The notes under the pieces: model-generated
Databases searched by the model: none
Seen by the model: the letters and a program-made list of their open reading frames with translations, nothing else
What the model was told of the DNA's origin: nothing
Translations under genes and position numbers: made by a program
Shown here: positions 1 to 10,570 of the stretch, piece by piece
Position numbering within the stretch: the stretch's first letter is position 1
Layout: every line of letters begins with the position of its first letter
Source: Paraspadella gotoi
Lineage: Eukaryota; Animalia; Chaetognatha
DNA: 64,000 nucleotides
Direction of reading: 5' to 3'
NCBI GenBank assembly: GCA_051294375.1
Contig: CM119264.1
Location: 7,376,103-7,440,102, forward strand

Positions 1-940
1 AGTGAATTTTTTGAACAATTGTTGGGTTTAAAATTCCTTTAGCTATATCAGCTTTAGGCTGCATTGGATACCTTCTTGACATCTTTGTAAAACTGGCTTT
101 GAAAAAAATTTTTGTCATTACCAAAGGTGGTGTTTCTTTACATTTGTCAATAGTTCTGCCGCTTTTGTGATGTTGGAATCATCGTGCATCTTCCAGTTTG
201 ACATTTTTCTGTGAGTATTATTTTGGACGAGTTTTCTTACCTTTTTTTCCATCATTTTTTCATTTTTTTAATGTAAGGTTACCAGTATTTGGTGGGGGGC
301 TCTCTATGCCTAAGGGTGGGGATGAGTTGGTGGGGATCCGAGGTGAATGAGGTATGGATTAAAGGGCTTTGCTTTCTTGCTTAATAATTTTTTTCCCTTT
401 TTTAAACAACTGCAATTAATTGTAAAAATTATGTTAATTTTAGTATTATGCACCTAGATATTAATGTTAAGGTTATTTTTTAGTTTCTAGCTCATGTTCT
501 AATATGGATTTTTATATACCAACAAATTGCTGTATTTTAGTGTTTTATTATGTAGATCTCGAGTAAATAGTACTGTAGGTTTTTGTAGCATGTTGAAGCA
601 CGAACGGCTCAATCTGCCAGAGATGATGATAAAAAGAATATATAATATATAAAAGATAAATTATCAATTATTAAAAATATAAAAATTGATAATTAAGAAT
701 CCAGAATTAAGAATAACATTTCTGAACTAACTATCCAAGATTAATAATCAGAGATTGATAAGTTGATTGACAGTACAAGATTGATAAAATAAAATATTTA
801 TTAACTTATTCAATGGCTTATTAAAATTAACTTGTATCCAAATCAATCGCGAATCCTGCAGTAGATCCTTTTATTAGTCTAAAATTTTTCTTTTGATTTT
901 CTCCGCTTCTGATCTTAACTCGCTACAACATTTTTTTTTA

Positions 941-1280
941 TTTCAATGACACAAATTTATTGTCGCTATTTGTTCATTAATTATCATTGCTCAAATGATA
1001 TTTGTAATGACGTTTTCAATTTAACAAAGTATGTTATGATAGTTGTAATTTTGTAAACTTGTATGTTTTTGTTAAGTTTTTGTTTGTTTATTTGTTTTTT
1101 TTAAATTTTTGTTAATTTTTTTACTGCCTTTCAATGATACTCATTTATTGTCGCTGCTTCATTAGTTATCATTGCTCAAAGATATTTGTAAAGACGTTTT
1201 AAATTTAACAACATATGTGGTGATATTTGTAATTTTTAACGTTATTTGTAAATACATAAACTTGTATGTTTTTGTTTATG
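941..1280. repeat. Degenerate tandem duplication of a ~190-bp AT-rich unit
   Basis: tttcaatga..atttattgtcgct..ttcatta.ttatcattgctcaaa..gatatttgta..gacgtttt..aaacttgtatgtttttgtt occurs starting at ~941 and again at ~1129. Confidence 0.6.
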
Positions 1281-1996
1281 TTTAGATTATGTTAATATTT
1301 CAGTTGAGGTAATTTTTACTTGCTACCTTCTAGCTATTTATTTTTATTCAACTGTTATCGTTGCGTCGTATAAATTTGTATGAATAAAATTCGAATTTGT
1401 TTTATTTTCAATGGTTTATTCAGGAACCCTACTGGTTAAAGATAACGAAATATAACAAATTGAATAAGATACATAGTTATTTTAGTATAATCATGTCTGT
1501 TGAATTCGATGTTGATAACCATTTTTTTTGTATAGTTTTATCTTCTTTATCAAAAATAGCGATTTTTGCGGCATTTAAGATACTATTCAAATGGAACAAA
1601 TATTGTAAAGTATAAGAAATTTAAATTATTAAAAATTTATAAAAGCCATATTTAGCTTACATAATAAAAAAATAAAGACCTATATAAATATTTTGGTTAG
1701 TTTATAAATTTTATATTATATTAACTGTTTGTAAACTATAATTATTAATAAATATTAAAAAAAATAAGCTAAGTGTAAAAAATTAAAATTTAAAACTGGA
1801 TTTAAATTTTTTACAAAAAGTTGATAAAAAAAGTATAATCTATTTTAACAAATTCTTTCATTAAGTTGGTTAAAAATATTAAAATTATAGTTTTTCTAAA
1901 TTTTGACCAAATTTTGATATAATTTTAGAATAAAATAATTGTTTTTTATGATAATTTTTTATATATTAAAAATCATCATTTTCGACGAGAAAGATA

Positions 1997-2351
1997 TTCA
2001 TGCTAAGACCGGGGGGGGCCCAGCTCATTTTGAGCTCTTTCTTAATTCTTATATTTCACTACAATCTTTACTTATCTATCCCTCTAAAATCTCAATTTTC
2101 AACTTCTTAATTTTAATTTTCAACTTTTCAATTTCAAAAATTAATTTATTTCAATTTGTTATTAAACAGTTTCCATTATCTTTATCTATGTTGTACATTG
2201 CTCAAATGTAATTATTTATTTATTTCTCTCTCTCTCTGTCTCTCTCACCAATTTTCACTTCTTTTCAAAACTTATTCAAACTAGCCACTTCTAAAAATCT
2301 GTCCTCACCACTGATCACTGTCCTTACTCAATTCTTTGTTGGAAACCTTTA

Positions 2352-2432
<81 letters not shown>

Positions 2433-2553
2433 AACTAAAAACTTGTATCAAGTTCACAACTCATATGCGCTGATGAGGGCTCGTATTGTGAGCCGAAACA
2501 TGTCTGCTCTTGTAAAATAAAATTCGTTGCAAAAATAAAATCAAACTTTGTTA
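1997..2553 (+). mobile_element. Non-autonomous Penelope-like (pLTR-type) element carrying a hammerhead ribozyme, copy 1
   Basis: Flanked by a 13-bp direct repeat GACGAGAAAGATA (1984-1996 and 2554-2566), a likely TSD. Colinear with 4495-4996 from ggggccagctcattttgagctctttctt through the (CT)n tract and hammerhead to aaaataaaattcgttgcaaa..aaactttgt. Confidence 0.7.
2466..2507 (+). ncRNA. Minimal type I hammerhead ribozyme
   Basis: CTGATGA (2470-2476) + G, stem II GGCTC/GAGCC, GAAA (2495-2498), palindromic stem III ACATGT, cleavage triplet GTC (2502-2504), short stem I GCG/TGC. Matches the minimal hammerhead known from Penelope-like elements. Confidence 0.85.
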
Positions 2554-3280
2554 GACGAGAAAGATAAAATTATACAAATAAATTGTCATCACCATCGAAT
2601 TCTACAGACTTGTTCACACTGAAATAGCTATGTACCTTATTCAATCTGTTATATTTTGCTATTTTTAAACGCCCTACTAACCAGCCTTATCCTCACTATA
2701 AGAGCTTAATAGGAACAGTAATAATAGGGTGTATAACGGAAACTATCACAGGGCCTCGCTATCAAGCCCGAAGTTACCCGTTTTTTTTGGTTTTTTTTCT
2801 GTAAAAAACAAAGAATCGCCCTTATTTATTTCGTTTGAAACGCAAATTTTTTTTTTTTCGGAATTTGTTTCGTCTCAACTATTGGCCTTCGAAAGTTAAG
2901 AGAGAGAGAGATGCACATACACACACATAAAGCTTCTATCAGATTTTGGAAAGGATATTGGTTCGGTTGTGAGGTCAGCTGAAGATGAGAACAGATAAGA
3001 TTGAGTTAGAGGGAATAAGACATGAAAAATAGTCAATTACCGTGAGAACATTTAAATTAACTTTTGTTATATATAATAAAGACAAACATAAATTGGTTGT
3101 ACCAATTTTAGGCCCATATTTATATATACAGGGAGGTCCGGTTCTAATGGGACTAACTAGTTTGATAAAAAAAAGTGATTATATTTTAAAATTAGGGTTT
3201 TTTTTATCGATATTAAAAACGTTTGGAAAATCTCATAACTGTAATAGATTATTTTTATGATCTTATTTTTTTTGTAATGT

Positions 3281-4040
3281 TTTTAGTCGGATCTGCTTGT
3301 CAGCAGATCCCGATTCTATACTTCACTTTGTCGGACCGTCGGTCCGCCCCCTCAATCTTGTTGGGCACTAACTTATATCATGTCAGAACATTGAATTATG
3401 ATAAAATATACAAAAAAAAATGCTGTCTGTCCGTCCGTCCGTCCCACCTTAGCAAAAAATACTAATTACTCGTGATTGGATGGATGGATTGGAATGTAAT
3501 TTTGTCTGCGAGTAGGGAAGTGTGTGATTGAGCTGTATTTTAAGTTTGGATAGAATCGTCCAAGTGCAAATGATTTTAAATGGAAAAAACAAAAAATATA
3601 TTTCACTATTTGAATACCAATTGCTCATGAGTGGATGGGGCGATTTTAAAAAAAAATTGTATGTGGATAGGAAAGTGTGTGATTAAGCTGGAAATCAAGT
3701 TTCGATGGAATCGTTTGAATGGAAGTGAGTTTAAATGGAAAAGACAAAAATCCTGTTTCATTAATTGATTATGCTTCTTTTTTTATATTAAATGTAAATG
3801 TAAGATTTATTAATTAATCAATATTTATTAATCAGTCAATCAATCAAGTCAGTCGTTATTGGCATCATTCTCATTGTTGTCATTGCTTTTGTCGTGGTTA
3901 GTGACCTAAAAACAAATATTTGGGATTTAATTAATTAATTGCCTAATTAATTAATTCATTAACTTAAATTATTCAAGTATTAATTAATTATCATTAATGA
4001 GCGTTGGCAGGTCCAACATTGTTTGCTCAAACTTGTTTTT
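3281..4040 (+). mobile_element. Non-autonomous Helentron/DINE-1-like element (HINE), copy 1
   Basis: T-run, 5' subTIR GTCGGATCTGC (3286-3296) with adjacent inverted repeat AGCAGATCC, (GTCC)n microsatellite at ~3425-3443, 3' subTIR GCAGGTCCAAC (4007-4017), stem-loop GTTTG-CT-CAAAC (4021-4032), T-run. Reverse-complement copies at 5494-6178 and 29366-30470. Confidence 0.75.
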
Positions 4041-4494
4041 ATAAATTTTAGTAAGATTCGCTTATCAAAAGCGTGGTGGAGGCCCCGCCGCCACCACGCC
4101 CGCACAATGATTCCCCCGTCTCCACTCAACGAGACAGGCGGAGACCCTTACGCAGGCAATGGGCAAACGATGCCACTCCTTCAAATGCAGCAACTCAGTC
4201 CCTCTCTCTGTGGACTGAGCGTCGCCCAAAACGACGGCTTCAGGAGGAAGGAGAGGAGTCTATCATCCCTGTCGCAAAAGCGGCAAAAATAGACAATCGC
4301 CCACCTCGCCAGCAGGCGAGAAGAGGGCAGCCGGCAGGCGTATCAGGTCAGAGAGAAATAAGAGTGGCATTGGGAATTTTTCCGCCTGGTACAATCCCCG
4401 GTGCAGAATTTACCGGTTCAGTCGCACTCTCCTCTCAGCCACTGACGCGCCAATGACCCGTCACCATCGTCCATGCCCTTCATTTGCATAAACC

Positions 4495-4849
4495 AAGGGG
4501 GCCAGCTCATTTTGAGCTCTTTCTTACTCCTTAAATTTCATTTTAATCATTTACTTAACACTTAAAATTCTCATATTTCATTTTTCACAAATTTCATTTC
4601 ATTTTTACTTTCTATCCCTTAACTATTTATCCACTATACAATTGTTAAATTTACTAATTTTAGTTTCAAAGCATTTATCTTTGTTGTACATTGCACAATG
4701 TATCATTATTATTTTATTTTATCCCTGTTCTCTCTCTCTCTCTCTAAGTTTCACTTCTTTTCACAACTTATTCAATCTGTCCTCACCTTGACCTGTCCTC
4801 TCATCTGACCACTATTCTGTCTCACCACTTTGTTGGAAAACTTTTACCC

Positions 4850-4886
<37 letters not shown>

Positions 4887-4996
4887 TATGCACAAATTTT
4901 AAACCATTCTGTCAACCGCTGATGAAGACTTGTAAAACAAGTCGAAACATGTCTGTTCAACTAAAATAAAATTCGTTGCAAACAAAAACTTTGTCA
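4495..4996 (+). mobile_element. Penelope-like pLTR-type repeat with hammerhead, copy 2
   Basis: Diverged but colinear with 1997-2553: shared AGCTCA-TTT-TGAGCT hairpin, T-rich body, (CT)n tract, hammerhead and 3' tail. No TSD identified. Confidence 0.65.
4914..4957 (+). ncRNA. Minimal type I hammerhead ribozyme
   Basis: CTGATGA (4919-4925) + A, 7-bp stem II GACTTGT/ACAAGTC, GAAA (4944-4947), stem III palindrome ACATGT, GTC triplet (4951-4953). Stem II differs in sequence from copy 1 but is still fully paired. Confidence 0.85.
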
Positions 4997-5493
4997 ATTC
5001 TCTAAGTTAAATTTAAAAAAAAGCATAATAATTCTTAATATTTCCTCTTGATTAATGAAATTATAGGATAGAAAAGCGGAATGTCTTACGATCTTTTCAA
5101 TAATTGTAAATTTTTTAATAGTAATAAAAGTTGTAGGAATGGTAGCTTTCTTAAAGGCTTGGTTGTAAAAGCATATCTCTAAACATTTTGAGAAGGTTAT
5201 GGTTGTTAAAGGTAAAGTATTTAATAGATTATATTCTTTTATTATTTTTTTATAAATATATTAATTTTTATATTATTATTGTTATATTCATATGTCCAAA
5301 CGGTTTTTTAAATTTAGTTCCAAAAAGATCGACCTCCCTGTATATATATGAAATTGGTACAACCAATATATTTAAACTTAGAAGGCTACAACTATTTTAA
5401 GTTAAATTGCAATAAATTTATTTCAAAATGACGTGAATTTTTAAGAATATCCTCGAAAAAATTACAGTAAAAGATTTAGTCATAAGAATAAAT

Positions 5494-6178
5494 AAGTTTG
5501 AGCAAACAATGTCGGATCTGCCCACGATCATTATTGGTAATTAAATAATAATTAAATAATTCAAGTTAATTAATTAATTAGTCAATTAATAAATTAACTT
5601 TATCCAATATCTTTGTTTTGATAGATTGACTGATTAATTAATAATTGATTAATTAATTGATTAATTATTTAATTTATACATCTTGCATTTACATTTAATA
5701 TAAAAAGAAAAAGAAGCATAATCAATTAGTGAAACAGGTTTTTGGTTTTTTCCATTTAAACTCATTTCCACTCAAACGATTCCATCGAAACTTGATTTCC
5801 AGCTTAATCACACACTTTCTTACCCACATACAAAACTTTAAGTCAATTGCCCCATTCACACATGAGTAATTGGGGTTCAAATAATGAAATATATATATTT
5901 TTTCCATTTAAACTAATTTCATTTCAGACGATTCCATCGAAACTTCATATCCAGCTCAATAACACCCTTCCCTACCCACACACAAAATTTCATTCCAATC
6001 CATCCATGCAATCATGAGTAATTGGTGTTTTTTGCTAAGGTGGGACGGACGGACATAGTTTTTTTGCATAATTTATCATAGTTTGATGTTCAGACTTGAT
6101 ATAAGTGAATGCCCGACAAGATTGAGGGGGCGGACCGACGGACCGACAAAGTGAATTATAGAGTCGGGATCTGCTGAT
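5494..6178 (-). mobile_element. Helentron/DINE-1-like element, copy 2 (5' end slightly truncated)
   Basis: Reverse complement of 3281-4040: GTTTGAGCAAAC hairpin (5496-5507), subTIR GTCGGATCTGC (5511-5521), (GGAC)n at ~6041-6054, ends at gggatctgctga. Confidence 0.7.
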
Positions 6179-6950
6179 AAAAAGCGTTAAGCAGGGGCGA
6201 GAAGAGGAGCTTTCTCTTCCTTTTTAACCTCAGGGGCGGGGAGACTTTTCAGGTTAGGCGATATCAACGAACTCGTCACACGACCGTTTGACAAGAATAC
6301 TAATTCAAAGTAAACCCGTTTCCTTCTTTAACCAGCTCGACTTTTAAAAGCTAATTGATTAATACGACTCGACCGTCTAATCACACTCTCGTTAATCGAG
6401 GAGTTTCATCTTTTTTTCCTCATTTCACTTCTTTTAATTTAAAACTTGTACTTTTTTCTTTCAATAAATTTAAGAAGGTAAGTGTACATTTTATTTACTC
6501 GTAAAAAACTTTTTTTTCTCTTTTTTTTTTTCCTTTATTCCTTTTTTCTTTCTTTCTAATCATTTCTTGCTTTTTCATACTAAACCATTTTACAATTAAA
6601 TTTTTGATATATGAAGTACCTATATGATGTACGAAGGAACTTTTTTCAGAGTAATTTAGAAATAGAATAAACATCATTAAATAAAATCTCCCGAAGTGGA
6701 GTATCAATTTAAAATCGTTTTTAAACGAAAGAGGTGAAACCAAAAAAAAAAAAAAGCTGCTAATGGCAATAACGCTTATTTTGGAGTCGAGTGCTGAGTA
6801 AGTATATTTACATTTTATTTTCTAGGCAGGCAAATGATGTTTTCATTGTTTAAAGGACAATATGTGAGATAAGTTAGGGACTCAATATGTGATGGACATA
6901 CTTTCTATGAAATCTTAGGATCGGATTATCTTGAGGTTACGCTGACAACA

Positions 6951-9521
6951 ATGGAATCAGAAAAAGAGAAAGGTAAACCAAATTGGGGGGGAAAAAGCAA
7001 ATAAAAAGGCAAAGAACCAACAGATGACCAAGGACAATGGGGTTGCAATTTCTGTAGATGGTCATGATCTGGAAAGTTTATATACTATCGACGTTGATCT
7101 CAAACATGAAGCCAACGAACCATAACAACAATAATAGAAGAAAAGGGTTATCAGTGCCGCGAATACGCTGTCTCTTTCATCCAACCACTCGATTTAAAGC
7201 CCGAGATAAATTTATTTAACTTTATAACCCTAAATTTTGTTCATCGCAATTTCATTTTTTCCATAACAGACGTACAGTAATTTGATTTTCTGTTAGTAAT
7301 GGGTTTTAACGGTTGTTTAAATTAATAATCACTAAAACAAAGGACTTTTTTTTTCGCCTGATTATTCAAGCAATCGAACAGTCTTCTCTCTCACTCCGCC
7401 TGTTCAACACTTAGTTTTCCACGTCTCACAGAATGGCATGCGGCCTTCTGCCTGTTCGACATCAATGGCGACGGAAAGATTTCCATGGAGGAACTTTCGA
7501 TAGGAATGAGAAAACTGGGCCACTTCCCTTCTCAGCGCGAGGTGGAGACGATGCTGGCCGAAAACGATTTGGACGGTCAGAGTGGCGGAAGGGGGGCGGA
7601 GTGTGATTGGGTGGAACTGGTGGCCTTGATAGTGAGGGGCTGAGATTGCTGGGTGGAGAATTGTATATAAGTATCTAAAGTAGAATAGCGTCGAATTTTT
7701 TTTTTACTAAGATACTCTTTTCTTTTTATTTCGTATTTTATATTTTTTTTTCAATTCAGTTAATGAATTGAAATTGAAATCATTGCCTAAATAAAGTAAA
7801 ATGAATAGATAATATATTGGTTTCTAAAAAGCTGAATTGAAATTGAAATCATTGCTTAAATAAAGGAAAATGAATAGATAATATGTTGGTTTCTAAAAGG
7901 CTGAATTGAAATTGAAATCGTTGCCTAAATAAAGGAAAATGAATAGATAATATATTGGTTTCTAAAAAGCTGAATTCTAAAGGCTAATTGAATTTGAAAT
8001 CATGACTAAATAAAGTAAAATGAATAGATAATATATTGGTTTCTAAAAGGCTCACTGTTTCGTGACAACAAACAAATAACTCAAAAGTACAGTCTTCATC
8101 CTAGAAGGCACGAGTAAAAAAAATAAGGATATTAAACCAATAGCCATCCCAGGGATTTTTCTAAATGATGGTCCATTAAAAAAAAAGTTAAATTCAGGTG
8201 ACGGAAATTTGGACTTTAATGAGTTTATGAAATCATTGCTTAAATAAAGTAAAATGAATAGATAATATTATTGGTTTCTAAAAGGCTGAATTGAAATTGA
8301 AATCATTGCTTAAATAAAGTAAAATGAATAGATAATATATTGGTTTCTAAAAGGCTGAATTAAAATTGAAATCATTGCCTAAATAAAGTAAAATGAATAG
8401 ATAATATTTGGGTTTCTAAAAGGATGAATTGAAATGGAAATCATTGCCTAAATAAAGTAAAATGAATAGATAATATTTGGGTTTCTAAAAGGCTGAATTG
8501 AAATTGAAATCATTGACTAAATAAAGTAAAATGAATAGATATATATGTTGTTTCTAAAAGGCTGAATTTGAAATTGAAATCATTGCCTAAATAAGTAAAA
8601 TGAATAGATAATATATTGGTTTCTAAAAGGCTGAATTGAAATTGAAATCATTGCTAAAAAGTAAAATGAATAGATAATATATTGGTTTCTAAAAGGCTGA
8701 ATTGAAATTGAAATCATTGCTTAAATAAAGTAAAATGAATAGATAATATATTAGTTTTCTAAAAGGCTGAATTGAAATTGAAATCATTGACTAAATAAAG
8801 TAAAATGAATAGATAATATATTGGTTCTAACGTGACAACAAACAAATAACTCAAAAAAAATTTAAATTCAGGTGACGGAAATTTGGACTTTAATGAGTTC
8901 ATGTATTTGATGGATTCCTCCGACAATCCGGGTGAGGACGACCGCGACGAAGCCAGGGCCCTCTACCTCGCCTTCAGGGTGGGTCCTTTAACGAAACCAA
9001 TTGCTTTTGAAGGAACTCAAAACCTCCACTATCCCTCGGACGCAGATGTTCGACAAGTCCGGATCCGGATTCATCTCGGCCACGGATATTCAAGCCTTAT
9101 TCGAACGGATCGGTATCGAAGTTACCATTTATGAAGGTGAGGCACGATTTTACCCATGGCATCCGTTGGCTACTCCAGCACAAACATGTCGATTGGCCGT
9201 TCAATCATGCTCCAAAAATATATATTTAAATTAAACGAGATAATGGTTTAGAAAAGTATTATTTTTTAAAAACATACATCCACATTAAGTCTGTTAAACT
9301 TATCTTCCAATTAAAGTTGACCAAATGATGGACGAAGTCGATCTGGATGGCGATGGAAGAATCGATTTTGAAGGTCAGTATTTATTTAAAACCCGATTAT
9401 ATGTTGTACAAAACATATATGCTGTACAAACCAGCGTCAAACTGTTATGTATGAAATATAAAAAATATTTTCAACAGAATTTCGCGTCTACCTGGAGAGC
9501 AACGATTACAACATTTTGTAA
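6951..9521 (+). CDS. Calmodulin-like four-EF-hand calcium-binding protein (~155 aa, 6 exons)
   Basis: Exons 6951-6972, 7432-7575, 8872-8978, 9046-9136, 9317-9373, 9478-9521, all GT-AG and phase-consistent. Protein: MESEKEKEWHAAFCLF-DINGDGKISMEE-LSIGMRKLGHFPSQREVETMLAEN-DLDGDGNLDFNE-F...AFRMF-DKSGSGFISATD-...MMDEV-DLDGDGRIDFEE-FRVYLESNDYNIL*. The start is uncertain because the frame is open upstream to an acceptor at ~6918. Confidence 0.9.
7763..8830. repeat. Intronic minisatellite, ~69-bp unit, ~13 copies
   Basis: Unit gctgaattgaaattgaaatcattgc(t/c)taaataaagtaaaatgaatagataatatattggtttctaaaag, with period 69 (e.g. 7831->7900). Interrupted at ~8055-8230. Confidence 0.95.
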
Positions 9522-10089
9522 TGAAGCATTACATTTTTTGTATACATGTTATTTTCTCAAACTAAGTAAGGGTTACTAGTTACTAGTTTTTTTATAGTTT
9601 TTTAATAGTTCTGATAATTTTCGATTACATATCCGTCATTAGAAGCAATCCAATTCGACCTCACTCTTTATTTAAACGAAATAGTTGTCTGGTGTGCTGA
9701 GAGCATATCTTTAATTTCTAATAGATTAAGTAATTAAAGACCTTGGAATAAGCAGACATCTTTTATCATTTACCTTTAATTTTTAGTAAAGCAGAAGTGA
9801 ATTGACAAATTGTTGGCAGTATTGATAACCAATTAGTAGAGGTTGCGCCAGCTTAAAGCTAAGAGGAATAAAAAATTTTAATGCATTTCTATGAAAAAGT
9901 AAAAAATTTAATCAAATAGTACTATATCTTTTGGTTCTTGAAACGCCTTATATTACTGTAGTCGGGCATTGCCTAGGTTCACCCCGCTATAAGCATGACA
10001 CCTTCAGTCCTGACCCGGTGGCTCATTGAGTAAAGCCATCAGCTCATGACCACTAGGTACCGGTTCAATACCAACCTGGTACCTACCCT

Positions 10090-10168
10090 GCGGGGAAGCT
10101 GAGGACGGCCGTAAGCCGCCTTGGGGGCGTGGCAACCCCTCAAGCCTGGTTCCAAGCCCAGGACCCGT
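10090..10168 (+). ncRNA. Twister ribozyme, type-P5 permutation (LTR1)
   Basis: P5 GCGGG(10090-10094)/CCCGT(10164-10168); GA-GGA (10101-10105); P1 palindrome CGGCCG; TAA (10112-10114); T2 GC (10118-10119); P3 CTTGGGGG/CCCTCAAG; P4 CCTG/CAGG closing L4 GTTCCAAGCC (10149-10158); T1 UCC:GGA. P2 is short and imperfect (GCC vs GCT). Confidence 0.75.
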
Positions 10169-10239
10169 TCCATGGCTACTAAGGGGGTTATAGAAGTTAC
10201 GGATAGTCATCTTCAGCCCACTTAGCGCCTTATCCACAC

Positions 10240-10250
10240 TGGTGAGCCCA
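10240..10250 (+). promoter_or_regulatory. Primer-binding-site-like motif
   Basis: TGGTGAGCCCA begins 1 nt after the LTR's terminal CA; TGG is complementary to the tRNA 3' CCA. Cognate tRNA not assigned. Confidence 0.6.
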
Positions 10251-10351
10251 TCCTGTCGAGCGTATTCCAACCTTCTGATTCCAGGTCCATGGACGTGCTG
10301 AAGATTGCTCCCCTCCCTCCACTGGAAGCAGTGCAGGGTGGGTGACAATCT

Positions 10352-10359
10352 GGGGGGCA
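10352..10359 (+). promoter_or_regulatory. Polypurine-tract-like motif
   Basis: GGGGGGCA immediately precedes the TG start of LTR2 at 10360. Confidence 0.55.
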
Positions 10360-10492
10360 TGTAGTCGGGCATTGCCTAGGTTCACCCCGCCTATAAGCAT
10401 GACACCTTCAGTCCTGACCCGGTGGCTATTGAGTAAAGCCATCAGCTATGACCACTAGGTACCGGGTTCAATCCCAACCTGGTACCTACCCT

Positions 10493-10570
10493 GCGGGAAG
10501 CGTGAGGATGGCCGTAAGCCGCCTTGGGGCGTGGCAACCCCTCAAGCCTGGTTCCAAGCCCAGGACCCGT
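10493..10570 (+). ncRNA. Twister ribozyme, type-P5 permutation (LTR2)
   Basis: GCGGG-AA-GCGT-GAGGA-TGGCCG-TAA(10515-10517)-GCC-GC-CTTGGGG..CCCTCAAG-CCTG-GTTCCAAGCC-CAGG-A-CCCGT. Same elements as the LTR1 copy. Confidence 0.75.

Noticed and set aside
1-620. Possible 5' end/ORF1 of a minus-strand LINE
   Set aside because: Strand bias is suggestive, but there is no continuous frame or diagnostic motif within the window.
7763-8830. Regular repeat as a CRISPR array
   Set aside because: Head-to-tail 69-bp units with no unique spacers, inside a spliceosomal intron, and no cas genes.
10099-10125. CTGAGGA-CGGC-cgtaa-GCCG read as a hammerhead core
   Set aside because: No GAAA follows the stem and CTGA is not conserved in the other two copies (GTGAGGA, TTGAGGA). 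The twister reading explains far more of the sequence.
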